Source of the DNA: a virus
Virus record (IMG/VR): IMGVR_UViG_3300044825_001821
Span: 108,440-172,439 of that record
Length of the DNA: 64,000 nucleotides
Reading direction: 5' to 3' (one strand)
Shown piece after piece: positions 9,966 to 19,831 of this stretch (positions within the stretch are counted from its first letter, which is position 1; each line of letters starts with the position of its first letter). Made by a program: the position numbers and the translations under genes. The notes beneath the pieces were generated by a model. That model made no database searches, was not told the origin of the DNA, and saw only the letters and a list, made by a program, of their open reading frames with translations.

Positions 9966-10966
9966 TGTTAGGTAATGCTCAGTTTTATCATCGCACGATT
10001 CGTAAAATGGTTGTGGTGTTTGGTACATTGTTTAATGATCTTGAGATTGTTCGTTATACACAATCTGGTGTGCCAAAAGAAAAATTAAAAGTACCTCTTT
10101 CATATGGCCCGAAAGAAAGATATCTGACACAGATTACATCTGATCCTAATCTTATCAAGTCAGTCAACTCTGTGATACCAAGAATGTCATTCAATCTTGA
10201 CAGTCTTGAATATGATGTGAGCCGAAAACAAATTTCTACTTTACAAAATTTTGCATCAGGAACAAACACCGGGATAGCAACACAGTTTCTTCCTGTACCT
10301 TATAACTTTGAGTTTAGTTTGTCAATCTATGTACGTAATACAGAAGATGGCACACAGATATTAGAACAGATTCTACCATTTTTCACACCAGATTTTAGTG
10401 TGGTCGTAGATTTTATTCCGTCGATGGGTCAAAAATACACTGTGCCTATCATACTTAATTCTGTTGCGTCTACAGTTGAGTATGAAGGTGGTATGTCTGA
10501 TGGTACAACAAGAATTATTTTGTGGGATTTAAATTTTACAGCCAAGAGTTTCATCTGGCCACCTGTTAAGTCTGGCAAGATTATTAATCAAGCCAATACT
10601 AATCTTAATATTGACCTCACATCTAAAGAACTACAAAAAATTTACGTTGATTATGCAAATGGTAATAACGTATTTACGACAGGTGAAACAGTTCGTGATA
10701 CTGCAAATGGGTTTATTGGTACTGTAGAATACTTTAGTAACACAGCAACCGGTACACTTGTTGTTACTGGTGGCAACAAATATATCGAAAAAGGTTACAC
10801 ACTTACAGGCGATTACTCAGGGGCTTCTTATAACGTTGCAACTCTTGACATCAACTCTGTCAACGCTACTGCCGTTATTACCGAGCCTACGCCAAATACA
10901 GCATTACCAAACACTAACTATGGCTACATTGAAACAATTAAAGAGTGGCCTGATACATTATCATGA
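9965..10966 (+). CDS. gp15: Tail sheath stabilizer / tail terminator gp15
   Basis: FYHRTIRKMVVVFGTLFND, VPLSYGPKE, PRMSF, QILEQILPFFTP. Confidence 0.95.
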   Translation: MLGNAQFYHRTIRKMVVVFGTLFNDLEIVRYTQSGVPKEKLKVPLSYGPKERYLTQITSDPNLIKSVNSVIPRMSFNLDSLEYDVSRKQISTLQNFASGTNTGIATQFLPVPYNFEFSLSIYVRNTEDGTQILEQILPFFTPDFSVVVDFIPSMGQKYTVPIILNSVASTVEYEGGMSDGTTRIILWDLNFTAKSFIWPPVKSGKIINQANTNLNIDLTSKELQKIYVDYANGNNVFTTGETVRDTANGFIGTVEYFSNTATGTLVVTGGNKYIEKGYTLTGDYSGASYNVATLDINSVNATAVITEPTPNTALPNTNYGYIETIKEWPDTLS

Positions 10967-11364
10967 AAAAATTAAATAAAAATTTGTCTGAAATCTTTGA
11001 CGTTGAACCTATACAGGAACAAACTGTAGAAACTTTGCCTGTTGTTATTGATAATAACGTAAATCAGATTGATGCTGATGCTGAGTTTGCACGTACCAAT
11101 ATGCGTGAGTTAATCAACAATGGTAACAAAGCATTAGGTGAATTAGCATCTGTTGCTAATCAATCGGAATCACCAAGAGCATATGAAGTCTTAGCCACAA
11201 TGATGAAGAATTTGGCTGAGATGAATAAAGATTTGTTGGAACTTCAGAAAAGAAAAAGAGAGCTTGCACCCCAATCTGAATCCACAAAAGGAGTCAACAT
11301 AGATAAAGCAGTGTTTGTTGGCTCCACAACCGAACTTTTAAAAATGATTAAATCAAATAAATAA
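10963..11364 (+). CDS. gp16: Terminase small subunit gp16
   Basis: SESPRAYEV and VFVGSTTELLK motifs; position. Confidence 0.92.
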   Translation: MKKLNKNLSEIFDVEPIQEQTVETLPVVIDNNVNQIDADAEFARTNMRELINNGNKALGELASVANQSESPRAYEVLATMMKNLAEMNKDLLELQKRKRELAPQSESTKGVNIDKAVFVGSTTELLKMIKSNK

Positions 11365-11368
11365 GACT

Positions 11369-11803
11369 ATGGAACAATTAATCGAACAAATGAAAGTGAT
11401 TTTGGGAACAAACTTCGGTTTGTATTTCAAGGCACATACTTTTCACTGGAATGTGGAAGGACCAGACTTTGCACAATATCACGGATTCTTAGGCGACTTC
11501 TATGATTCTGTGTTCGATCAAACAGATTCTATTGCCGAACATATTCGTGCATTAGGTTCTTATGCACCGACAACACTTGCACGAATGATGGAACTTTCTA
11601 AAGTACAAGACATCGTTGCTATACCGTCACCTCTTGTTATGATGTCCGAACTTGCTCAAGATAACGACAAATACATTATGGAATTACGTGCAGGTATTGC
11701 AATTGCAGATGCAGCAGATGAACCTGCTGTTGGTAACTTTTTACAAGACATTCTTGATGCACATCAAAAGCATGGCTGGATGCTAAAGAGTTTTACAAAA
11801 TAA
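11369..11803 (+). CDS. dps: Dps-family ferritin-like protein
   Basis: KAHTFHWNVEGPDFAQYH, D-SIAEHIRALG ferroxidase motifs; C-terminal KHGWML. Confidence 0.93.
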   Translation: MEQLIEQMKVILGTNFGLYFKAHTFHWNVEGPDFAQYHGFLGDFYDSVFDQTDSIAEHIRALGSYAPTTLARMMELSKVQDIVAIPSPLVMMSELAQDNDKYIMELRAGIAIADAADEPAVGNFLQDILDAHQKHGWMLKSFTK

Positions 11804-11806
11804 AAT

Positions 11807-13438
11807 ATGGATGACGGATATCTTGGTAATGCAAGACTAAAAAGAGTTGGTGTTGAATTATCCCTCACAGAAGATCAAGTAAAAGAATTTGCAAAGTGTG
11901 CCGAAGATCCGGTATACTTTATTCGCAATTACGTAAAGATTGTCAACGTTGACCGTGGACTAGTCCCGTTTGAAATGTGGGGCTTTCAAGAAGATATGGT
12001 CAAAACGTTTCACGAAAATCGTTTCTGCATTGCAAAAATGCCACGACAGGTTGGTAAGACAACCACTACTGTCGGTTACATGTTATGGTGTGCATTGTTC
12101 AATGAAGAGTTTGTGATCGGTATTCTTGCAAACAAACTTCAACTTGCACAAGATATTCTAGCAAAGATTCAAAAGGCATATGAATATCTTCCACATTGGC
12201 TTCAACAAGGTATTATTAATTGGAACAAACGTTCAATTGAATTGGAAAATGGTTCTAAAATTTATGCATATGCAACATCAAATTCTGGAGTTCGAGGTGG
12301 CACGTACAATCTAATCTTTCTTGATGAGTTTGCATTCGTGCCACATAACATGGCAGTAGACTTTTTTACTTCTACTTACCCCGTTATCTCATCAGGTAAA
12401 ACAACAAAAGTTATTATTGTTTCTACACCAAATGGCTTGAATCTATTCTATAAAATGTGGATGGATGCTATTGAAAATCGTTCTCTTTACAAGACGCTTG
12501 AAGTTCACTGGTCACAAGTACCGGGTCGTGATCAAACATGGAAAGAAGAGACAATACGAAATACCTCCGAAGAGCAGTTTCGTCAAGAGTTTGAGACTGA
12601 GTTTATTGGCTCAGCCGCAACGCTCATCTCAGGTTCTAAATTGCGTTCACTTGCATTCAATGATCCAATGCGAATTGAAGATGATGGTCACCTCTTTATC
12701 TATGAAGATGCACGCCCAGGGCGTATCTATATTGCCACAGTAGACTGTGCCGAAGGTGTTGCTTTGGATTATCATACCATTAATGTGGTTGATGCTACTG
12801 AAGCACCTTATAAACAAGTTGCTGTTTATCGTAATAATAAGCTACCTTTGTTATTTTTACCAACAGTAATATACTCTTTAGCCAATCGATATAATCAAGC
12901 CTATGTGCTTATTGAAACTAACAACGTTGGTCAGCAAGTGGTAGACATTTTACACTATGATTTAGAGTATGAGAACATCTATAAGTTGGAACATCATCAT
13001 ATCAAAGGTCAGAGTATCTCTGCTGGTTTCAAACGCTCGGTGGCTTTTGGTGTAAAGACAACCAAATCTGTCAAGAAAATTGGTTGTGCCAACCTAAAAA
13101 CGTTGGTAGAAAACGACAAATTAATTATTCGTGACTTTAATACCATTGCCGAACTGAATACTTTTGTCAGAACTAAAGACACTTATGCTGCCGAAGAAGG
13201 CAATAATGATGATATCGTCATGGGTCTGGTGCTCTACGCATGGCTGACAGCACAGACTTTCTTCAAAGATGAGACAAGAATTGATATTCGTAAAATTATG
13301 TTAGAAGAACAACAGATGTTGGGTGAAGAAAATATGCTACCATTTGGCTTTATTGAAGATGGATTGCGTAGGGAAGTTGAGGTGGAAGATGGAGATATGT
13401 GGGAGCCGCCAGCGGGCTATTTATCATCAAGTTTGTAA
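11807..13438 (+). CDS. gp17: Terminase large subunit gp17
   Basis: Walker A PRQVGKT, Walker B IFLDEFAF, STPNG, nuclease motif NDDIVM. Confidence 0.98.
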   Translation: MDDGYLGNARLKRVGVELSLTEDQVKEFAKCAEDPVYFIRNYVKIVNVDRGLVPFEMWGFQEDMVKTFHENRFCIAKMPRQVGKTTTTVGYMLWCALFNEEFVIGILANKLQLAQDILAKIQKAYEYLPHWLQQGIINWNKRSIELENGSKIYAYATSNSGVRGGTYNLIFLDEFAFVPHNMAVDFFTSTYPVISSGKTTKVIIVSTPNGLNLFYKMWMDAIENRSLYKTLEVHWSQVPGRDQTWKEETIRNTSEEQFRQEFETEFIGSAATLISGSKLRSLAFNDPMRIEDDGHLFIYEDARPGRIYIATVDCAEGVALDYHTINVVDATEAPYKQVAVYRNNKLPLLFLPTVIYSLANRYNQAYVLIETNNVGQQVVDILHYDLEYENIYKLEHHHIKGQSISAGFKRSVAFGVKTTKSVKKIGCANLKTLVENDKLIIRDFNTIAELNTFVRTKDTYAAEEGNNDDIVMGLVLYAWLTAQTFFKDETRIDIRKIMLEEQQMLGEENMLPFGFIEDGLRREVEVEDGDMWEPPAGYLSSSL

Positions 13439-13441
13439 AAA

Positions 13442-13449
13442 ACTAAATA
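13442..13449 (+). promoter_or_regulatory. Late promoter variant ACTAAATA
   Basis: Intergenic, upstream of gp18. Confidence 0.65.
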
Positions 13450-13493
13450 GACAATAAAAAGAAAATTGACCCAACAATAAAAGGAGAAATCCA

Positions 13494-15182
13494 ATGGCAT
13501 TTCAATTATCACCTGGAGTGAATGTATCAGAGATCGATCTGACTACAGTTATTCCTTCAGTTGCCACTTCTACTGGCGCTTTCGTAGGACCTTTTAATTG
13601 GGGACCATGTGGTGTTGTAACAACTATTTCCGATGAAGTTCGACTTGTGGACACATTCGGCAAACCAGACGAAAATAATTATGAATATTGGTTCTCTGCT
13701 GCGAACTTCCTAGCATATGGCAACAATATTAAAGTCGTTCGTGCCGTACCAAGCACAGGCATAAACTCTTCAGCAAACGGAACTGGCTTGGTTATCAAAA
13801 ATGAAGATGACTATTACGATAATCATACCGGTTATACAGATGGCGCATGGGGTGGATGGGTTGCTCGTTGGCCTGGCGCTTTAGGTAACTCTCTAAAAAT
13901 TTCTGTGGCCGATCTTGGAACGTTTGGTACATGGCCATATCGTACACAATTCACTGCAAACACTGGAACATCAACATATGTTTCAAATAAAGGTGGTGCA
14001 AATGACGAAGTTCACATTGTTGTTGTTGACGAAGATGGTTTGTGGTCAGGCACAGCAGGTACAGTGTTAGAAAAATATGCATTTGTTTCAAAAGCATCCG
14101 ATGCAAAAGATGATACTGGTAACTCAAATTACTATAAAGATGTTATCAATAAAAAATCAAAGTATGTATGGTGGGTTGCACATCCAGCAACAGCAAACCT
14201 AAGTTCTGGTACAGCATGGGGTTCAACTGCAAATGCTACAGCATTTAAAATAACCACAGCGAACGTTGTTTATTCGTTTGGTTCTGGTTCAGATGGTATC
14301 GTGGGTTCATCACAGATTACATCTGGTTGGGATTTATTCAAAAATACAGAAGCAGTTGACATTTCACTTTGTGTAACTGGAACTGGTAATGAAACTGTTG
14401 CCGACTATGTGATCAGTAACATTGCTGAAACTCGTAAAGATTGTGTTGTTTTTCTTTCACCAGAAAAATCAAACTGCGTAGACAATGCAGGAAACGAAGC
14501 ATCATCGATTTCAAATTTCAGTGACACAATTACGAAGTCATCATATGCCGTAATGGATTCTGGTTACAAATATCAGTATGACAAATACAAAGACGTATAT
14601 CGTTGGGTTCCTCTGAACGGTGATATTGCTGGTTTGTGTGTACGCACCGATACACAAAATGATCCTTGGTTCTCACCAGGTGGTATGAATCGTGGTCAAA
14701 TTAAAAACGTAATCAAGCTGGCATGGAATCCTACTAAGGCAGAACGTGATACTCTTTATACAAAAGGTGTTAACCCTGTTGTATCGTTCCCAGGTGAAGG
14801 CACAGTTCTTTTTGGAGACAAAACTCTGTTAGCAAAACCAAGTGCATTTGATCGTATCAACGTTCGTCGTTTGTTCATTACACTTGAAAAAGCAATTGCA
14901 CGTGCTGCTCGTTTCTCACTGTTCGAATTCAATGATCAGTTTACACGTGCTCAGTTTGTTGCATTAGTAGAACCATTCCTGCGTGATGTTCAAGGTCGTC
15001 GTGGTATCACTGACTTCCGTGTAGTCTGCGATGAAACAAACAACACAGCAGAAATTATTGACCGTAATGAATTTGTTGGTGACATTTACATTAAACCTGC
15101 TCGTTCTATCAACTTCATTCAACTTAACTTTGTTGCAGTACGTACAGGTGTAAGTTTCAATGAGGTCGTGGGCGCAGTTTAA
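13494..15182 (+). CDS. gp18: Tail sheath protein gp18
   Basis: SPGVNVSEIDLT, PWFSPGG, FDRINVRRLF, IKPARSINFI. Confidence 0.98.
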   Translation: MAFQLSPGVNVSEIDLTTVIPSVATSTGAFVGPFNWGPCGVVTTISDEVRLVDTFGKPDENNYEYWFSAANFLAYGNNIKVVRAVPSTGINSSANGTGLVIKNEDDYYDNHTGYTDGAWGGWVARWPGALGNSLKISVADLGTFGTWPYRTQFTANTGTSTYVSNKGGANDEVHIVVVDEDGLWSGTAGTVLEKYAFVSKASDAKDDTGNSNYYKDVINKKSKYVWWVAHPATANLSSGTAWGSTANATAFKITTANVVYSFGSGSDGIVGSSQITSGWDLFKNTEAVDISLCVTGTGNETVADYVISNIAETRKDCVVFLSPEKSNCVDNAGNEASSISNFSDTITKSSYAVMDSGYKYQYDKYKDVYRWVPLNGDIAGLCVRTDTQNDPWFSPGGMNRGQIKNVIKLAWNPTKAERDTLYTKGVNPVVSFPGEGTVLFGDKTLLAKPSAFDRINVRRLFITLEKAIARAARFSLFEFNDQFTRAQFVALVEPFLRDVQGRRGITDFRVVCDETNNTAEIIDRNEFVGDIYIKPARSINFIQLNFVAVRTGVSFNEVVGAV

Positions 15183-15207
15183 ATAAAGAGAAACAGGAGA
15201 AAATTAA

Positions 15208-15753
15208 ATGGCATTTAACGTAAATCAATTCCGTTCACAATTACAAGGTGACGGTGCCCGCCCAAATCTATTTGAGGTATCAATGCCGTTTCCTGCGTTC
15301 TCAATACCAGGAAACGCACAAACAAAAATGACGTTCATGTGTAAGACAGCACAACTTCCAGGGGCAACTCTGGGCGTTGTGCCAGTTCAATACTTTGGTC
15401 GTGAATTAAAGTTTGTAGGTAATCGTACATTTGCTGACTGGACAGTAACAATTATCAACGACGAAGATTTCGTAGTACGTAATGCATTCGAGCGTTGGAT
15501 GAATGGTATCAACAGTCATAATTTGAATGTACGTAATCCATTGGCAACTACACCTCTAGGATATACTCAAAATGGTGAGGTTACACAGTTTGGTAAATCT
15601 GGTAACCCAATCAAGAAATATAAATTTGTTGGCCTATTCCCAACTGACATCACTCCAATTGATGTTGATTGGGGTTCAAATGATACGATTGAAGAGTTTT
15701 CTGTAACTCTGACCTACCAGTGGTGGGAAGCAGTTGCAGATGGTGTGATCTAA
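15208..15753 (+). CDS. gp19: Tail tube protein gp19
   Basis: GARPNLFEV, GNRTFADWTVTIINDEDF, IEEFSVTLTYQWW. Confidence 0.97.
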   Translation: MAFNVNQFRSQLQGDGARPNLFEVSMPFPAFSIPGNAQTKMTFMCKTAQLPGATLGVVPVQYFGRELKFVGNRTFADWTVTIINDEDFVVRNAFERWMNGINSHNLNVRNPLATTPLGYTQNGEVTQFGKSGNPIKKYKFVGLFPTDITPIDVDWGSNDTIEEFSVTLTYQWWEAVADGVI

Positions 15754-15754
15754 G

Positions 15755-15781
15755 AGTAAGGGTGTTTTACCCTTACTTTTT
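15755..15781 (+). terminator. Intrinsic terminator after gp19
   Basis: agtaagggt-gtttt-acccttact followed by a T run. Confidence 0.8.
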
Positions 15782-15799
15782 AATTTAGGATGATATTTA

Positions 15800-17470
15800 A
15801 TGGCAATTAAACTATTTGGTTTCACATTTGGTGGAAGGGATGTCGTTAAGGCTGAGAAGCCCGAACAGGCATCCTTTACACTGCCTTCTGCTGCACAATT
15901 GGATGATGGTGCAGTTACAGTCACACAGAATGCTTACTACGGTACCTATGTTGACTTAGAAGGCTCAGTTCGTAATGAGATTGAACTTATCACAAGGTAT
16001 CGTGAGATGTCCAATCATCCAGAATGTCAGATGGCAATTGATGAGATTGTCAATGAGGCCATCACACACGACGATCAAGGCAGAGTTGTTGACATCGTTC
16101 TTGATAATCTAAAACAACCAGAGTCAATCAAGAAAAAAATTATTGAAGAGTTCAACAACGTTCAAAGAATGTTGAACTTTAATAATTTGGCTGACGATTT
16201 GTTCAAGCGTTGGTACATTGATGGTCGTATGTTCTATCATGTGGTAGTAAATGACAAACAACCTAATCTTGGTATTCAAGAACTTAGATACATTGATCCA
16301 CGTAAGATTCGTAAAGTACGTGAGATTAAAAAAGATCGTGACCCGAAAACGGGTGCAATGATCATTGTGTCGGTTGCTGAATACTACGTTTATAATGACC
16401 GTGGTACAACAACACAAACATTTACCGCAAATGTAGGACAAGGACTCCGCATTGCACCAGATTCAATTATTAATGTGAACTCTGGTCTGATGGATGCCAA
16501 GAATACATTTGTTATTTCATATCTACATAAAGCAATCAAACCTCTCAATCAACTTAGAATGATTGAAGATGCGATTGTTATCTATCGTATTTCACGTGCG
16601 CCAGAACGCCGCATATTTTACATTGATGTAGGTAATTTACCACGTGGTAAAGCAGAACAATATCTGCGTGATATCATGATTAAGTACCGTAATAAACTCG
16701 TTTACGATGCCAACACAGGTGAGATTCGTGACGAGCGTAAGCACATGTCTATGCTGGAAGATTTCTGGTTACCCCGCCGTGAAGGAGGGAAAGGTACAGA
16801 GATTACAACTCTACCAGCCGGACAAAATCTTGGTGAACTAGAGGATGTAAAGTATTTCCAAAAGAAATTGCTTCAGTCTCTAAATGTACCTTATTCACGC
16901 CTTGAGTCACAAGAAGGTGGACTTGCAGGGCTTGGTCGTTCACAAGAAGTTACACGTGATGAACTGAAGTTTGCCAAGTTTGTCATTCGTTTGCGTAATA
17001 AGTTTTCACAAGTGTTTGATGATGCATTGAGAATTCAATTGACACTCAAGGGCATCTGTACACGTGAAGAGTGGGATGAGTTCAAAGAAAACATTTACTA
17101 CGACTTCCGTAAAGACAACAACTTTACCGAATTGCGTGAAGCAGAGTTACTACAAAACAGATTACAAATGGTTGGTATGGTTGATCCATTTGTCGGTCGT
17201 TACTTCTCTAATAATTATGTCATGAACAAAATTCTCATGATGACTGATGAAGAGATTGAAGCGATGCAAGAAGAGATTCAAAAAGAAAAGGATACTTTAC
17301 CTGATGACATGCAAGGACCAGTATTGGGTGGACCACCACAGGGTGCTGCACCACAAGCAGAGCCAGAAGATAACACGGTAGAGAATGCTGAACAACCTGA
17401 GTCACTGACACCTCAACTTGACGATGAGGTAAACAAGTCAGTGGTCAGCATAAATAATAGACGCAGATAA
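15800..17470 (+). CDS. gp20: Portal vertex protein gp20
   Basis: YRISRAPERRIFYIDVGNLP, EDFWLPRREGGKGTEITTLP. Confidence 0.98.
   Translation: MAIKLFGFTFGGRDVVKAEKPEQASFTLPSAAQLDDGAVTVTQNAYYGTYVDLEGSVRNEIELITRYREMSNHPECQMAIDEIVNEAITHDDQGRVVDIVLDNLKQPESIKKKIIEEFNNVQRMLNFNNLADDLFKRWYIDGRMFYHVVVNDKQPNLGIQELRYIDPRKIRKVREIKKDRDPKTGAMIIVSVAEYYVYNDRGTTTQTFTANVGQGLRIAPDSIINVNSGLMDAKNTFVISYLHKAIKPLNQLRMIEDAIVIYRISRAPERRIFYIDVGNLPRGKAEQYLRDIMIKYRNKLVYDANTGEIRDERKHMSMLEDFWLPRREGGKGTEITTLPAGQNLGELEDVKYFQKKLLQSLNVPYSRLESQEGGLAGLGRSQEVTRDELKFAKFVIRLRNKFSQVFDDALRIQLTLKGICTREEWDEFKENIYYDFRKDNNFTELREAELLQNRLQMVGMVDPFVGRYFSNNYVMNKILMMTDEEIEAMQEEIQKEKDTLPDDMQGPVLGGPPQGAAPQAEPEDNTVENAEQPESLTPQLDDEVNKSVVSINNRRR
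17449..17456 (+). promoter_or_regulatory. Late promoter variant CATAAATA
   Basis: At the end of gp20, upstream of the prohead core genes. Confidence 0.5.
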
Positions 17471-17481
17471 GAGAGGTTATT

Positions 17482-17688
17482 ATGGATATTCAAGACGTTA
17501 TTAACAATATTGCTGCTGGTGATAGTGCCGCAGCCAAAGAAGGTATAGAAAATGTTTTATCAGCGAAAGCGTTCGATGCGCTCCAAGGTCGCAAACAAGA
17601 AATCGCTTCAACTCTTTTTGGCGGGAAAGAGCAAGAGTCTGAAGAAAACACAGACAATCAAGAGGCCGAAGAAGTAACTGAAGAATGA
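17482..17688 (+). CDS. gp67: Prohead core protein gp67-like
   Basis: Small acidic protein directly after the portal gene; GAGG RBS. Confidence 0.65.
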   Translation: MDIQDVINNIAAGDSAAAKEGIENVLSAKAFDALQGRKQEIASTLFGGKEQESEENTDNQEAEEVTEE

Positions 17689-18353
17689 AATCGTTACTAG
17701 AATTCAAATCTATCGTAGAAGAAGAGAAGTCGGACTATTCAAAGTTTGACGCTCTTGTACGTGCGGGTCTTGCAAACAAAGCACAGTTGGCACGTATTCA
17801 TAAAATCTTAGACAAGATGGGAGAAGAGAAGCCAGTATTTAACAATGCTGACCGTGAGATTCTTCGCAATCTTTTCAATCGCATGGTAGATTTAGTTTCA
17901 AGTAAACAGATTTATGGTAAAGCAAGACAAGCAGTGCGTGAAGAATTAACCGAAGCGAAAATGGACAGTGTGGGTAGTGCTTACCCATTGCTACCAGACC
18001 CACCTGCTGTATTAGTAATCAAACGTAAAGCGGTTAGATTATATCCAGATGGCACACGTATTGCAATGTATTGGAGTGATAAATTAAAACGTGTGTTTAG
18101 TTTACCGTATGGTCCTGCTGTTGATCCAGTTGTTCAAGCGGAACAATATGTGCAAGAGTTTTTGCAAACAGAAGAACTATTATTAAATGATGGTAACAGA
18201 TTGTCTTTAAGTGAAGAAACAAAACAACAAATTATAAACATTTACAGTAAGTTAGATGAAGAAAGTAAAGAAGTTTTTTGGCAAGAACTAACTGAATCTG
18301 TAATCACTTTTGGAAAACTAAATGAATTTTGTAGACTTAATTCTACAGAATAA
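17685..18353 (+). CDS. Hypothetical head-cluster protein (possible internal/prohead protein)
   Basis: ATGA overlap with gp67; N-terminus MKSLLEF resembles a capsid-targeting leader. Confidence 0.5.
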   Translation: MKSLLEFKSIVEEEKSDYSKFDALVRAGLANKAQLARIHKILDKMGEEKPVFNNADREILRNLFNRMVDLVSSKQIYGKARQAVREELTEAKMDSVGSAYPLLPDPPAVLVIKRKAVRLYPDGTRIAMYWSDKLKRVFSLPYGPAVDPVVQAEQYVQEFLQTEELLLNDGNRLSLSEETKQQIINIYSKLDEESKEVFWQELTESVITFGKLNEFCRLNSTE

Positions 18354-18783
18354 GTTAGACGAAGCCAAAGAGTTAATCTTTGCACGTTTAGATGACATTG
18401 CTTCTGTAAGATTAGAAGAAGCAAAGCCTTATGTTGTCGATGAAATGTTTGAAGAAATTGAAGTCGATGAAGATGTGCTAGAAGAGGCGGCTAAAAAACG
18501 CAATCCTAATGTTGTTAAGATGGGTCGCATTACAAAGATACGCCGTCGCATTCGTCGCAATAAAAAAGGTAGAATAATCGTACAAAAAAATGTACGCAAA
18601 TCAGGTATCAAAGGATATCGAATATCTGGTAATACAGTTAAACGTATACCAGCAACAGTAAGATTACGTAAAGCACGTTTATTAAAACGTTCTTGGAAAA
18701 CAACAAGAAAAGCAAAACTAAGACGAACATTGTTAAAAAGAAAAATGTCAATGCGCCGTCGTAAATCTATGGGACTAAAATAA
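18322..18783 (+). CDS. gp68: Prohead core protein gp68-like
   Basis: Acidic N-half, extremely basic C-half ending KRKMSMRRRKSMGLK, like the T4 gp68 tail. Confidence 0.7.
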   Translation: MNFVDLILQNKLDEAKELIFARLDDIASVRLEEAKPYVVDEMFEEIEVDEDVLEEAAKKRNPNVVKMGRITKIRRRIRRNKKGRIIVQKNVRKSGIKGYRISGNTVKRIPATVRLRKARLLKRSWKTTRKAKLRRTLLKRKMSMRRRKSMGLK

Positions 18784-18784
18784 A

Positions 18785-19147
18785 ATGCCATTTGAAATTA
18801 CAAATACCCTAAGAGGATCGTCGATAGTTCGAGCAGTCGATGCTGGAACATATACGATTACTCTTAATAATTTAAGAGCAAATGCAACAACCGAAACTGT
18901 TACCGAAGCAGATATTCGCCATCTTAAATGGTCAACGAATGGGCATATTCGTATTGTTAGAAACAGTATTCCATTGTTAGCATTACATAACGGTGGTAGC
19001 ATGGATTTTGATGAGTATGGACATACGCTTGCAAATAATAATACACAAAGCATTGTCATTGAAATTGTGACTGGTGGAACACTTATTCTAGAATTATCAA
19101 AAACTGCAACGTACAATGTTGATCCATACACAGGAGTAAGTCTATAA
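18785..19147 (+). CDS. Hypothetical protein (head cluster)
   Basis: Clean ORF between gp68 and gp21. Confidence 0.6.
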   Translation: MPFEITNTLRGSSIVRAVDAGTYTITLNNLRANATTETVTEADIRHLKWSTNGHIRIVRNSIPLLALHNGGSMDFDEYGHTLANNNTQSIVIEIVTGGTLILELSKTATYNVDPYTGVSL

Positions 19148-19797
19148 TGAAACTCATTAAAGAACATATTGAAAATGTAAGATATCTTACCGAAAAAACA
19201 GAAGATGGTAAGAAACATTTATACATTGAAGGTACATTTCTAGTTGGCGATACAGTCAATCGCAACAACCGCATGTACAAAATGGATACTCTCCGCAATG
19301 AAGTACAACGATATACAGATGAATATATCAAATCTAATCGTGCGTTAGGAGAACTGGGACATCCAGACACACCATCTCTAAATCTAGAACGTGTGTCACA
19401 CAAGATTACAAGTTTGGTAGAGAACGGCAATACATTTGTTGGTAAAGCACTGATCATGGAAACACCATATGGCTTAATTGCTAAGAATCTAATTGAGTCT
19501 GGCGTTAATCTGGGTGTATCTTCACGTGCATTAGGTTCTGTCGTTATGACAAAAGAAGGTTACAATCTGGTACAAGATGACCTGCGCCTTGCAACTGCTG
19601 CTGATATTGTTGCTGACCCTTCTGCTCCTGGCGCTTTTGTCCAGGGTATCATGGAAAATAAAGAATGGTTATTCGTAGAAGGACGCTTTGTTGAATCTGA
19701 TATTAGCTATGCTAAACAACAAATTCGCAAAGCATCACGCAGAGATATTGAAACAGTTGGATTACAACTTTTCGAAAACTTCCTACGAAAACTTTAA
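19147..19797 (+). CDS. gp21: Prohead protease gp21
   Basis: ALGELGHP, GVSSRALGS, ADIVADPSAPGAFV. Confidence 0.97.
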   Translation: MKLIKEHIENVRYLTEKTEDGKKHLYIEGTFLVGDTVNRNNRMYKMDTLRNEVQRYTDEYIKSNRALGELGHPDTPSLNLERVSHKITSLVENGNTFVGKALIMETPYGLIAKNLIESGVNLGVSSRALGSVVMTKEGYNLVQDDLRLATAADIVADPSAPGAFVQGIMENKEWLFVEGRFVESDISYAKQQIRKASRRDIETVGLQLFENFLRKL

Positions 19798-19801
19798 AAT
19801 T

Positions 19802-19809
19802 TATAAATA
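19802..19809 (+). promoter_or_regulatory. T4 late promoter TATAAATA
   Basis: Exact consensus upstream of gp22. Confidence 0.85.
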
Positions 19810-19831
19810 AGAAATCATAAGGAGATATTCA

